Source of the DNA: Anaeramoeba ignava BMAN
Lineage: Eukaryota; Protista; Anaeramoebae
Direction of reading: 5' to 3'
Assembly: GCA_028826165.1 (NCBI GenBank)
Contig: JAPDFW010000058.1
Span: forward strand, 124,001 to 188,000
Length of the DNA stretch: 64,000 nucleotides
The translations under genes and the position numbers were made by a program. The stretch's first letter is position 1, and each line of letters begins with the position of its first letter. Shown here in pieces: positions 36,876 to 50,100 of this stretch. A model generated the notes under the pieces. That model made no database searches, was not told where the DNA came from, and saw only the letters and a list, made by a program, of their open reading frames with translations.

Positions 36876-38286
36876 TCAAAAATTAAAAATTTTCTTATTT
36901 TTTTCTTTTTCCTTTTCTTTTTCAATTTTTGGAATAATTTGAATTAATCTTTCTGAATTTAATTGAAAATAATCAACACATTCTTTTAATTCTTCATAAA
37001 TTGTTTCATTTTCAATTTTTGGAATATTATCAGTATAAAAAAAATGAATTAATGATTGAATAGTTTCTGTTTGTTTATTACTGTATTCATGAACTGAATT
37101 TGATTTATTTTCACTTATAATAAACACTCCTCTATATAATTCACTTCTGGTTATTAATATTATTTTATGAACTTTGATTTCTTGATTATTTGAAATAATT
37201 TGGAAATCTTTAGTTTCTTCTGAATTCATTAATATTTCTAAATCTTTTAAAAATGATTTTATTCCTGTTTCAAATTCAATTTTACAAATATTTGAAAGTT
37301 TATTTTTCCATTCTTTTAAAATTGATAAATCTTTAAATAAAACTTTTCCAAAATAAATCCATTTTAATAAAATATCAACTTCTTTTTGAGAATTTTGAGA
37401 TAAAATTGAATATAATTCATTTGTAATTTGATTTTCATTAATTTTCAATCTATTTTGAATAATTAATTTATGAATTGGAATTTTGATTTTTTTAAGAGGA
37501 TTTTGATCATCTTTACATTCAATTTCAAAATCACAAAATTCTTTTCTTTCAAATAATTTTTGGAAATCATCTTGAATTGAATATTTGATTTTATTTTTGG
37601 TTTTAATTGATTATTTTCATCAAGATTTTCAAGAATATTCGTTGTTAATTCTAAAAAAGCTTCATCAATATTAATAATATTTTTAGCAGAAACTTCATAA
37701 AAAGGAATATTTAATTCATCAGCAAATTCATTTCCTTCTTCTTTTGATATTTTCCTTTCAACTTCTAAATCACATTTATTTCCAATTAAAATAATTTGAA
37801 TATTTTCATCTGAATATTCTTTAATTTCTTGAATCCATTTTTTGATATTTTGGAAAGATTCTTCATTAGTAATATCATAAACTAAAAGAATTCCATGAGC
37901 TCCTCTAAAATAAACTAAAATATAAAATCAATAAATTTAATTAATTTTTGATTTTGATTTTTGAAAAAATAAAATTAAATAAATAAATTGTTCTATCAAA
38001 TTTTTGAATAAATAAAAATTAAAAAATAAAAAAAAATAAAATATTAATTTAATTTAAAAATATTAAAAACCTTAAATTTAGATAAATCCCAAAATTTGTA
38101 ATTTAATTTTCTTTTCATTAATTTCTATTAATTTTTATAAAATTAATTCCAATCGTTTTCTTTGTATTCTTCTTGGAATTCATTTTTATAAAATCTTCTT
38201 AAAATACTTGTTTTCCCAACTTTACAATCTCCAATTAATAAAATTTTAAAAACAAAATCATATTCTTTTCTTCTTTTATTTTCCAT
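36876..38286 (-). pseudogene. Rab-BTB-BTB copy 6 (frameshifts, degenerate G3 and microexon)
   Basis: GDCKVGKT is present; the G3 region reads WDLSKFK. There is a 1-nt deletion at ~37597 relative to copy 5, and the CaaX cysteine is lost. Confidence 0.6.
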
Positions 38287-38329
38287 TTTATTTAATTTTG
38301 AAAAATGAAAAAAATGAAAAAATGAAATT

Positions 38330-39724
38330 TCAAAAATTAAACAATTCTTCTTTTTGGATCAATTTTTTTTCCTTTTCAATTTCTTTTTCAATTTTTTGAA
38401 TAATTTGGATTAATCTTTCTGAATTTAATTGAAAATAATCAACACATTCTTTTAATTCTTCATAAATTGTTTTATTTTCAATTTTTGGAATATCATCAGT
38501 ATAAAAAAAATGAATTAATGATTGAATAGTTTCTGTTTGTTTATTACTGTATTCATGAACTGAATTTGATGTGTCTTGACTCACATTAAACATTCCTCTA
38601 TATAATTCACTTCTGGCCAACAATATTATTTTATGAACTTTGATTTCTTGATTATTTGAAATAATTTGGAAATCTTTAGTTTCTTCTGAATTCATTAATA
38701 TTTCTAAATCTTTTAAAAATGGTTTTATTTCTGTTTCAAATTCAATTTTACAAATATTTGAAAGTTTATTTTTCCATTCTTTAAAAATTGATGAATTTGA
38801 ATATGGAACTTTTCCAGAATAAATCCATTCTAATAAAACATTAACTTCTTTTTGAGAATTTTGAGATAAAATTGAATATAATTCATTTTTAACTTGATTT
38901 TCATTAATTTTCAATCTATTTTGAATAATTAATTTATGAATTGGAATTTTGATTTTTTCAACAGGATTTTTATCATCTTTACATTCAATTTCAAAATCAC
39001 AAAATTCTTTTCTTTCAAATAATTGTTTGAAATCATCTTGAATTGAATATTTAATGAAATTTTCATTTCCATCAGTATTTTCCAGAATATTTCTTGTTAA
39101 ATGAATAAAGGGATCATCAACATTAATATTATCTTTAGTAGAAATTTCATAAAAAGGAATATTTAATTTATCAGCAAGTTCTTTTCCTTTTTCTTTTGAT
39201 ATTTTTCTTTGATATTCTAAATCACATTTATTTCCAACTAAAACAATTGGAACATTTTTATTTCCATATTGCTTAATATCTTTCATCCATTTTTGTTCAA
39301 TACTTTCAAAAGATTTTTCATCAGTAACATCATAAACTAAAAAAACACCTTCAGATCCTCTTAAATAAACTAAAATAAAAAATGAATCAATTTTTTAAAT
39401 GTTTTTGAAAGAAAAAATTTTTCATTTAAAATAAAAGAAATGAAAAATATGAATAATTGTTCTAAAACGTTCTTTAAAAAAAAAATTTAAATCAAAAAAA
39501 TAACAAAATTTGAAAAAAAATATAATTTAATTTTAATTTAAAAACCTTGACCAGCTGTGTCCCAAAATCTTAAATTAATTTCTTTTTTCAATTTCAATTG
39601 TTTTTATTTTAAATTCAATTCCAATAGTTGGAATAAATTCATTTTTACAAAATCTTGATAAAATTCATCATTTTCCAAAAAATCTTTTTAAAATATTTGC
39701 TTTTTCCAACTTCAGATTCTCCAT
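38330..39724 (-). pseudogene. Rab-BTB-BTB copy 7 (5'-truncated exon 1, microexon donor missing)
   Basis: Exon 1 begins at GESEVGK with no upstream beta-1 strand or in-frame ATG. DTAGQ is present and exon 3 is intact. Confidence 0.6.
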
Positions 39725-39862
39725 TTCTTTTTAATGAAAAATGAAAAGAAAATTTAAAAAAAAAAAAATTTTCTTTTAAACAATTATTTTTTTTTTATTT
39801 TTCATTTTTTTAATTTAAAGAATTTAATTGAAAAAATGAAAATTCTTTTGAAAAATGAAATT

Positions 39863-41307
39863 TCAAAAATTAAACAATTATTCTTTTTGTTCTTTTTTTT
39901 TCCTTTTCAATTTCTTTTCTTTTTTTTTCAATTTCAATTTTTGAATAATTTTAATTAATCTTTCTGAATTTAATTGAAAATAATCAACACATTCTTTTAA
40001 TTCTTCATAAATTATTTTCTTTTTGATTTTTGGAATATTATCAGTATAAAAAAAATGAATTAATGATTGAATAGTTTCTGTTTGTTTATTACTGTATTCA
40101 TGAACTGAATTTGATTTATCTTCACTTATATTAAACATTCCTCTAAATAATTCACTTCTGGTTATTAATATTAATTTATGAACTTTGATTTCTTGATTAT
40201 TTGAAATAATTTGGAAATCTTTAGTTTCTTCTGAATTCATTAATATTTCTAAATCTTTTAAAAATGATTTTATTCCTATTTTGAATTCAATTTTACAAAT
40301 ATTTGAAAGTTTATTTTTCCATTCTTTTAAAATTGATAAATCTTGATATGAAACTTTTCCAAAATAAATCCATTTTAATAAAATATCAACTTCTTTTTGA
40401 GAATTTTGAGATAAAATTGAATATAATTCATTTTCAATTTGATTTTCATTAATTTTTAATCTATTTTGAATAATTAATTTATGAATTGGAATTTTGATTT
40501 TATTAAGAGGATTTTGATCATCTTTACATTCAATTTCAAAATCACAAAATTCTTTTCTTTCAAATAATTTTTGGAAATCATTTTGAATTGTATATTTGAT
40601 CATATTTTCATCTTCATCAAGATTTTCAAAAATATTTCTTGTTAATTCAATAAAAATATTATCAATATTAATATTATTTTTAGCAGAAACTTCATAAAAA
40701 GGAATATTTAATTCATCAGCAAGTTCTTTTCCTTTTTCTTTTGATATTTCTCTTTTTTCTTCCAAATCACATTTATTTCCAATTAAAATCATTTCAACAT
40801 TTTCATTTGTATATTCTTTAATTTCTTTCAACCAATAATTATTGATATTTTCAAAAGATTCTTTATTAGTAATATCATAAACTAAAAAAATTCCTTGAGC
40901 TCCTCTATAATACACTTAAATATAAAAATCCATCGATAAATCAATCAATTAATTCTTTTTGGATTTTTTAAATAAATAAAAGATAAAGATACTTGGTGAA
41001 ATTAATCTAAAACGTTCTTTAAATTTGGAAATAAAAATATGAAAATGAATAAATTGAAGCTTAAAATTGAATTTTTAAATTAATTATAAAAACCTGGAAT
41101 TGTTATATCCCAAAGTTGTAATTGAATTCTTGTGGAATCAATTTCTATTGTTTTCATTTTTAAAGCAGCTCCAAGAGTTCGCATATATTCTTCTGTAAAT
41201 TGATTATCACAAAATTTTGATAAAATCTGTGTTTTTCCAACTTCAAAAAAACCAACTAATAAAATTTTAAACAATAAATCATATTCTTTTTCTTCTTCTT
41301 TTTCCAT
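39863..41307 (-). CDS. Rab-BTB-BTB(-CaaX) copy 8 (G3 reads WDITIP)
   Basis: GFFEVGKT, microexon ERFRLISP, MYYRGAQG. NNCLIF is encoded in a shifted frame at the 3' end. Confidence 0.75.
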
Positions 41308-41358
41308 TTTATATAATTTTGAAAAATGAAAAAAATGAAAAAAATGAAAAATGAAATT

Positions 41359-42768
41359 TCAAAAAATTAAACAATTATTCTTTTTTTCTTTTTCCTTTTC
41401 AATTTCTTTTTTAATTTCAATTTTTTGAATAATTTTAATTAATCTTTCTGAATTTAATTGGAAATAATCAACACATTCTTTTAATTCTTCATAAATTTTT
41501 TCATTTTCAATTTTTGGAATATTATCAGTATAAAAAAAATGAATTAATGATTGAATAGTTTCTGTTTGTTTATTACTGTATTCATGAACTGAATTTGATT
41601 TATCTTCACTTATATTAAACATTCCTCTATATAATTCACTTCTGGTTATTAATATTATTTTATGAACTTTGATTTCTTGATTATTTGAAATAATTTGGAA
41701 ATCTTTAGTTTCTTTTGAATTCATTAATATTTCTAAATCTTTTAAAAGTGATTTTATTCCTCTTTTGAATTCAATTTTACAAATATTTGAAAGTTTATTT
41801 TTCCATTCTTTGAAAATTGATAAATCTTGATATAAAACTTTTCCAAAATAAATCCATTTTAATAAAATATTAACTTCTTTTTGAGAATTTTGAGATAAAA
41901 TTGAATATAATTCATTTTTAATTTGATTTTCATTAATTTTCAATCTATTTTGAATAATTAATTTATGAATTGGAATTTTGATTTTATTAAGAGGATTTTT
42001 GATCATCTTTACATTCAATTTCAAAATCACAAAATTCTTTTCTTTCAAATAATTTTTGGAAATCATCTTGAATTGAATAAAGGATTTTGGTTTTGTTATT
42101 TTTGCTATTATTTATTAGATCCATTATTTTCTCGAATATTTCTTGTAATTTCAAAAAAAGTATTATCAATATTAATATTATTTTTAGCAGAAACTTCATA
42201 AAAAGGAATTTTATATTCATCAGCAAATTCTTTTCCTTTTTCTTTTGAAACTTGTCTTTTTTCTTCTAAATCACATTTATTTCCAATTAAAATTGTTTTA
42301 ACATTTTCATTTGCATTTTCTTTAATACTTGTCATCCAATTTTCTTCAATATTTTCAAAAGATTCTTCATTAGTAATATCATAAACTAAAATAATTCCAT
42401 GAGCTCCTCTATAATAGCCTTAAATATAAAATTAAATCAATAAATTTTATTTAAAATGAAACAAAAAGGAAGATTACTATTTGTTATTTTTTTAAAACGT
42501 TCTAAATAAAAATATAAATTAAAAATTAAAAATTAAAAATATATAATTTAAATTCAATTTAAAAACCTTGACCAGATGTATCCCAAATAACTAATTTGAT
42601 TCCTCCTGAATCAATTGTAATTCTTTTTGTGTTAAAATCAACTCCAATAGTTGATAGATATTCATCTGAAAATTCGTTTTCACAAATTCTCCTTAAAATA
42701 CTTGATTTACCAATTTCACAATCTCCAATTAATAAAACATTATAAAGATAATCATATTCTTCTTCCAT
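41359..42768 (-). CDS. Rab-BTB-BTB-CaaX copy 9 (homopolymer frameshifts; ends CLIF)
   Basis: [20 protein letters not shown]|ERFKKITN. The ORF track splits exon 3 into three frames. Confidence 0.7.
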
Positions 42769-42821
42769 TTTATTTATTTATGAAAAAAAATGAAAAAAAT
42801 GAAAAAATGAAAAATGAAATT

Positions 42822-44239
42822 TCAAAAAATTAAACAATTATTCTTTTTTTGTTCTATTATTTCATTTTTAATTTTAATTTCAATTTTTGGAATAATTTGA
42901 ATTAATCTTTCTGAATTTAATTGAAAATAATCAACACATTCTTTTAATTCTTCATAAATTTTTTCATTTTCAATTTTTGGAATATTATCAGTATAAAAAA
43001 AATGAATTAATGATTGAATAGTTTCTGTTTGTTTATTACTGTATTCATGAACTGAATTTGATTTATCTTCACTTATATTAAACATTCCTCTATATAATTC
43101 ACTTCTGGTTATTAATATTATTTTATGAACTTTGATAATTTGATTATTTGAAATAATTTGGAAATCTTTAGTTTCTTCTGAATTCATTAATATTTCTAAA
43201 TCTCTTTAAAAAAGTTCGAATTCCTCTTTTGAATTCAATTTTACAAATATTTGAAAGTTTATTTTTCCATTCTTTGAAAATTGATAAATCTTGATATAAA
43301 ACTTTTCCAAAATAAATCCATTTTAATAAAATATCAACTTCTTTTTGAGAATTTTGAGATAAAATTGAATATAATTCATTTTTAATTTGATTTTCATTAA
43401 TTTTTAATCTATTTTGAATAATTAATTTATGGATTGGAATTTTGATTTTATTAAGAGGATTTTGATCATCTTTACATTCAATTTCAAAATCATAAAATTC
43501 TTTTCTTTCAAATAATTTTTGGAAATCTTCTTGAATTGTATAATTAATTCTTGTTTTTATTTTTGCTATAATATTAGATCCATTATTTTCTCGAATATTT
43601 CTTGTAATTTCAAAAAAAATATTATCAATATTAATATTATTTTTAGCAGAAACTTCATAAAAAGGAATTTGATATTTATCAGCAAATTCTTTTCCTTCTT
43701 CTTTTGATATTTCTCTTTTTTCTTCCAAATCACATTTATTTCCAATTAAAATTGTTTTAACATTTTCATTTGCATTTTCTTTAATACTTGTCATCCAATT
43801 TTCTTCAATATTTTCAAAAGATTCTTCATTAGTAATATCATAAACTAAAACAAGGCCATGAGCTCCTCTATAATAGCCTTAAATATAAAATTAAATCAAT
43901 AAATTTTATTTAAAATGAAATAAAAAGAAAGATTACTATTTGTTATTTTTTTAAAACGTTCTAAATAAAAATATAAATAAAAAATTAAAAATTAAAAATA
44001 TATAATTTAAATTCAATTTAAAAACCTTGACCAGATAAATCCCAAATATGTAATTTGATTCTTTTGGAATCAATTGTAATTCTTTTTGTGTTAAAATCAA
44101 CTCCAATAGTTGATAGATATTCATCTGAAAATTCGTTTTTACAAATTCTCCTTAAAATACTTGATTTACCAATTTCACAATCTCCAAGAATTAAAACATT
44201 ATAAAGATAATCAATATATTCACCTGTTTCAAATGCCAT
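42822..44239 (-). CDS. Rab-BTB-BTB-CaaX copy 10 (one frameshift at ~43205; ends CLIF)
   Basis: [20 protein letters not shown]. Near-duplicate of copy 9, including the introns. Confidence 0.75.
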
Positions 44240-44504
44240 TATTTATAAATGAAAAAAAATGAAAAAAATGAAAAATGAAAAATCGGATAAAAAAAAAACG
44301 TTTTTTTTTATTTTAATTTTAATTAATAAAAAAAGAAGAAAAAAATTTTGTTTTTCCCTTTTTTTTTTTGCTTTTTAATTTTTTTTAATTAAAAAATTTT
44401 TTTTTTTGTTATTTCTTTTTTCATTTTTCTATTCTCTCAATTTTTTTTTTTTAATACAAAAATAATTTAATTTAAGAAAAACTTAAAACTTAAAACATAA
44501 AACA

Positions 44505-46825
44505 ATGAGAGAAATTATTCATGTACAAGTTGGACAATGTGGAAATCAAATTGGATGGAAATTTTGGGAAACAATTTGTCAAGAACATGGAATAAATCCA
44601 GATGGCCAATATGAAGGAGATAATGAATTACAACTTGAAAGAATTGGTGTTTATTTCACAGAAGCAACTGGCGGTAAATGTCAAATGTTTTTCTTTTTTT
44701 TTTTGTCAAAATTAAAAATAACAATTTTTAACAAATATTTTTAATAATTTAAAAATTCTTAATCAAATATAAATCAATCTTATAAAAAGAAATAGCAAAT
44801 TTAAATACAAAAAAAATTTTCTCCTTTTTTTATTATTCTTAAAAAAAAAAAATTTTCTCCTTTTTTCTTTTTCTTTCATTTTCTCACAATAAATTTTAAT
44901 TTCAAATTCATTTATAAAATTCATTTTGATATTAAAATTCATTTTGATATTAAAATTCAAATTCATTTTGATATTAAAATTCAAATTCATTTTGATATTA
45001 AAATTCAAATTCATTTATAAAATTCATTTATAAAATTCAAATTCATTTTGATATTAAATTTCATTTAGAATTAAAATTCATTTAGAATTAAAATTCATTT
45101 TGATATTAAATTTAAAATTAAAATTAAAATTCATTTATAAAATTAAAATTCATTTTGAAATTAAAATTCAAATTAAAATTTTTTTTGATATTAATAGCAA
45201 GATATGTTCCAAGAGCTGTTCTTGTTGATTTAGAACAAGGTGTAATGGATTCAATTAGAGGATCAAAAATGGGCAAATTATTCAAACCAGATACAATGGT
45301 TTATGGACAATCAGGAGCAGGAAACAACTGGGCAAAAGGACATTATACAGAAGGAGCAGAATTAATTGAAAATGTAATGGAAGTTATTCGAAAAGAATCA
45401 GAAAATTGTGATTGTCTTCAAGGATTTCAAATTTCTCATTCTCTTGGAGGTGGAACTGGTTCAGGTCTTGGAACTCTCTTACTTTCTCGCATTCGTGAAG
45501 AGCATCCTGACAGAATGATTGCAACTTTTTCTGTTGTTCCTTCACCAAAAGTCTCTGATACTGTTGTTGAACCCTATAATGCTACTCTTTCTGTTCATCA
45601 ACTTGTTGAAAATGCTGATGAAGTTATGTGTATTGATAATGAAGCTCTTTATAGAATTTCAACTAATACTTTGAATATTCCTAATCCTTCTTATCCTGAT
45701 TTGAATCATTTAGTTTCTTCTGTTATGAGTGGAATTACTTCTACTTTAAGATTTCCAGGTTTGTTTTCAAAAAAATATTTCAAAAAATTTCAAAAACATG
45801 AAATATAAAAAAATCAAAAACATGAAATATAAAATGAAATTAATTAAATTCAAAAAAATATTTCAAAAAATTTCAAAAACATGAAATATAAAAAAATCAA
45901 AAACATGAAATATAAAATGAAATTAATTAAATTCAAAAAAAATATTTCAAAAAATTTCAAAAACATGAAATATAAAATGAAATTAATTAAATTCAAAAAA
46001 ATATTTCAAAAAATGTTAAAAAAATGAAATATAAAATGAAATTAATTAAATTTAAAAAAAATATTCAAAAAATATTAAAAACATGAAATATAAAATGAAA
46101 TTAATTAAATTCAAAAATATTATTTAATAGGTCAACTTAATTCCGATCTTAGAAAATTAGCAGTCAATTTAATCCCATTCCCAAGATTACACTTTTTCTT
46201 AATTGGATTCGCACCCTTAACAAGAAGAGATGCAATTGGATACACAGCATTATCAGTTCCCGAATTAACACAACAAATGTTTTCACCCAAGAACATGATG
46301 GCAGCAGCAGATCCATCACTTGGAAAATACTTAACAGCATCAGCAATGTTCAGAGGAAGAATCCCAACAAAAGAAATTGACGACAACATGCTTTCCTTAC
46401 AGAATAAATATCAAGGACAATTTATTGAATGGATCCCAAATAACATCAAAAGCACAATTTGTGATATTCCACCAAAAGGACATAAAATAAGTGTCACTTT
46501 TATTGGAAATTCAACTTCCATTCAAGAATTATTCAAAAGAATCGAAGGTCAATTCACTAAAATGTTCAGAAGAAGAGCTTTTGTTCATTGGTATCTTGGT
46601 GAAGGAATGGATGAGTCAGAATTTGCTGAATCTCAAAACAATATGAAGGATCTTGTTAAAGAATATCAACAATATCAAGATGCTACTCTTGATGATGTTT
46701 TTGGTGAAGAAGATGAACAAGATGAAGTCGACAGTCAAGAAGAAGTTCAAAGTGGTCAAGAACAAGTAAGTGGAGATGAAGATGATGCTCAAGTTGATGA
46801 TGATGATGGTGAAGATGATGATTAA
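44505..46825 (+). CDS. TUBB: Beta-tubulin, divergent, with a long acidic tail; exons 44505-44673, 45198-45758, 46131-46825
   Basis: [47 protein letters not shown]|[12 protein letters not shown]. Confidence 0.97.
45770..46120 (+). repeat. Intronic tandem repeat (CAAAAACATGAAATATAAAATGAAATTAATTAAATTC-containing units)
   Basis: Several ~60-85-bp units in tubulin intron 2. Confidence 0.8.
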
Positions 46826-47105
46826 ATAAATGATAATGATCTTCTTTTTTTTTTTCTCTTTTTTCTCTTTAATTCTTCTACTTCTACTTCTAATTCTAAT
46901 TCTAATTCTTTTTCTTTTCAAATACACAATTTTTCTTTTCATTTTCTTCTTTAATTCCTTTCTTTCCATTTTTCTTTCTTTTTCTTTCTCTTTCTAATTT
47001 GTTTTTGTGCTTTTGATTTCCATTTTTAAAATAGCATTAAAAGATTAATCAAAAATAATAAAAATTAAAAAAAAAAATTAAAATAAAAAAAAAATAAAAA
47101 AAATA

Positions 47106-47178
47106 TGAGCCTAGAAGGACTTGAACCCTCAACCTTTTGATCTGGAGTCAAACGCACTACCATTTGTGCTATAGGCTC
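47106..47178 (-). tRNA. trnW-CCA: tRNA-Trp (CCA), intronless, 73 nt
   Basis: GAGCCTA/TAGGCTC acceptor stem, GCAC/GTGC D-stem, TTTGA-CTCCAGA-TCAAA anticodon arm and GAGGG-TTCAAGT-CCTTC T-arm, followed by T-runs (Pol III terminator). Confidence 0.97.
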
Positions 47179-50100
47179 TTTATTTAAATTAATTTAATTT
47201 AAATTTTCTTATTTTTATTTTTTAAAAATAATATTTATTTAAATTAAAAATAAAAATATTTTATAAATTTATTTTAATATTTTTAATAATAATATATTAT
47301 AATTTATTTATATTTTAATTTAAAATATAATTTACATAAAATATAATTAAATTAATTAAATTAAATATATATTAAATATTAATATAAAATAATTAAAATA
47401 TTTTATTCCACTTTTTTATTTAATAAATTTATATTAATATTTTTAATAATTTTATATTATTATTTATTTATAAATTTATACCATTTGTGCTATAGGCTCT
47501 TTATTTAATTATTTAAATTTAAATTTTCTTATTTTTATTTTTTAAAAATATTATTTATTTAAATTAAAAATAAAAATATTTAATAAATTTATTTTAATAA
47601 TTTTAATAATAATATATTATAATTTATTTATATTTTAATTTAAAATATAATTTATATAAAATATAATTAAATTAATTAAATTAAATATATATTAAATATT
47701 TATATAAAATAATTAAAAATATTTTATTCCACTTTTTTATTTAATAAATTTATTTTTAATATTTTTAATAATTTTATATTATTATTTATTTATAAATTTA
47801 TACCATTTGTGCTATAGGCTCTTTATTTAAAATTATTTAATTTAAATTTTCTTATTTTTATTTTTAAAAATAATATTTATTTAAATTAAAAATAAAAATA
47901 TTTAATAAATTTATATTAATAATTTTAATAATTATATATTATAATTTATTTATATTTTTATTTAGAATATAATTTATATAAAATATAATTAAATCATTTA
48001 AATTAAATATATATTAAATATTTATATAAAAATAATTAAAATATTTTATTCCACTTTTTATTTAATAAATTTATTTTAATATTTTTAATAATTATATATT
48101 ATTATTTATTTATAAATTTATACCATTTTGTGCTATAGGCTCTTTTATTTAATTATTTAATTTAAATTTTCTTTCTTATTTTTATTTTTAAAAATAATAT
48201 TTATTTAAATTAAAAATAAAAATATTTTATAAATTTATTTTAATATTTTTAATAATAATATATTATAATTTATTTATATTTTAATTTAGAATATAATTTA
48301 TATAAAATATAATTAAATTATTTAAATTAAATATATATTAAATATTTATATAAAATAATTAAAATATTTTATTCCACTTTTTATTTAATAAATTTATTTT
48401 AATATTTTTAATAATATTATATTATTATTTATTTATAAATTTATACCATTTGTGCTATAGGCTCTTTATTTAATTATTTAATTTAAATTTTTCTTATTTT
48501 TATTTTTAAAAATAATATTTATTTAAATTAAAAATAAAAATATTTAATAAATTTATTTTAATATTTTTAATAATAATATATTATAATTTATTTATATTTT
48601 TATTTAAAAATATATTTTATATAAAATATAATTAAATTATTTAAATTAAATATATATTAAATATTTATATAAAATAATTAAAATATTTTATTCCACTTTT
48701 TATTTAATAAATTTATATTAATATTTTTAATAATATTATATTATTATTTATTTATAAATTTATACCATTTGTGCTATAGGCTCTTTATTTAATTATTTAA
48801 TTTAAATTTTTTCTTATTTTTTATTTTTTAAAAAATAATATTTATTTAAATTAAAAATAAAAATATTTAATAAATTTATTTTTAATATTTTTAATAATAA
48901 TATATTATAATTTATTTATATTTTTATTTAAAATATATTTTATATAAAATATAATTAAATTAATTAAATTAAATATATATATTAAATATTAATATAAAAT
49001 AATTAAAATATTTTATTCCACTTTTTATTTTAATAAATTTATTTTAATATTTTTAATAATATTATATTATTATTTATTTATAAATTTATACCATTTGTGC
49101 TATAGGCTCTTTTATTTAAATATTTAATTTAAATTTTCTTATTTTTTTATTTTTAAAAATATTATTTATTTAAATTAAAAATAAAAATATTTTATAAATT
49201 TATTTTTAATATTTTTAATAATAATATATTATAATTTATTTATATTTTAATTTAGAATATAATTTATATAAAATATAATTAAATTATTTAAATTAAATAT
49301 ATATTAAATATTTATATAAAATAATTAAAATATTTTATTCCACTTTTTATTTAATAAATTTATTTTAATATTTTTAATAATATTATATTATTATTTATTT
49401 ATAAATTTATACCATTTGTGCTATAGGCTCTTTTATTTAATTATTTAATTTAAATTTTTCTTATTTTTATTTTTTAAAAATATTATTTATTTAAATTAAA
49501 AATAAAAATATTTAATAAATTTATTTTAATATTTTTAATAATAATATATAATAATTTATTTATATTTTTATTTAAAATATATTTTATATAAAATATAATT
49601 AAATTAATTAAATTAAATATATATTAAATATTTATATAAAATAATTAAAATATTTTATTCCACTTTTTATTTAATAAATTTATTTTAATATTTTTAATAA
49701 TTATATATTATTATTTATTTATAAATTTATACCATTTGTGCTATAGGCTCTTTATTTTAAATTATTTAATTTAAATTTTCTTATTTTTATTTTTAAAAAT
49801 ATTATTTATTTAAATTAAAAATAAAAATATTTAATAAATTTATATTAATAATTTTTAATAATTATATATTATAATTTATTTATATTTTTATTTAAAATAT
49901 AATTAAATTATTTAAATTAAATATATATTAAATATTAATATAAAATAATTAAAATATTTTATTCCACTTTTTATTTAATAAATTTATATTAATATTTTTA
50001 ATAATTTTATATTATTATTTATTTATAAATTTATACCATTTGTGCTATAGGCTCTTTATTTAATTATTTAATTTAAATTTTTCTTATTTTTATTTTTTAA

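Noticed and set aside
41359-43794. Programmed frameshifting in Rab-BTB copies
   Set aside because: The shifts occur at different positions in each copy, mostly in homopolymer runs. Long-read errors or pseudogenisation are simpler explanations; short-read polishing is needed.
46616-46969. 117-aa minus-strand K/R/I-rich ORF
   Set aside because: It overlaps the tubulin tail and a pyrimidine-rich 3' UTR, and has no recognisable domain.
47106-47178. UGA-readthrough tRNA-Trp or an alternative genetic code
   Set aside because: The anticodon stem has a normal 5 bp (TTTGA/TCAAA). TGA and TAA act as stops at conserved C-termini, and there are no in-frame stops in conserved exons.
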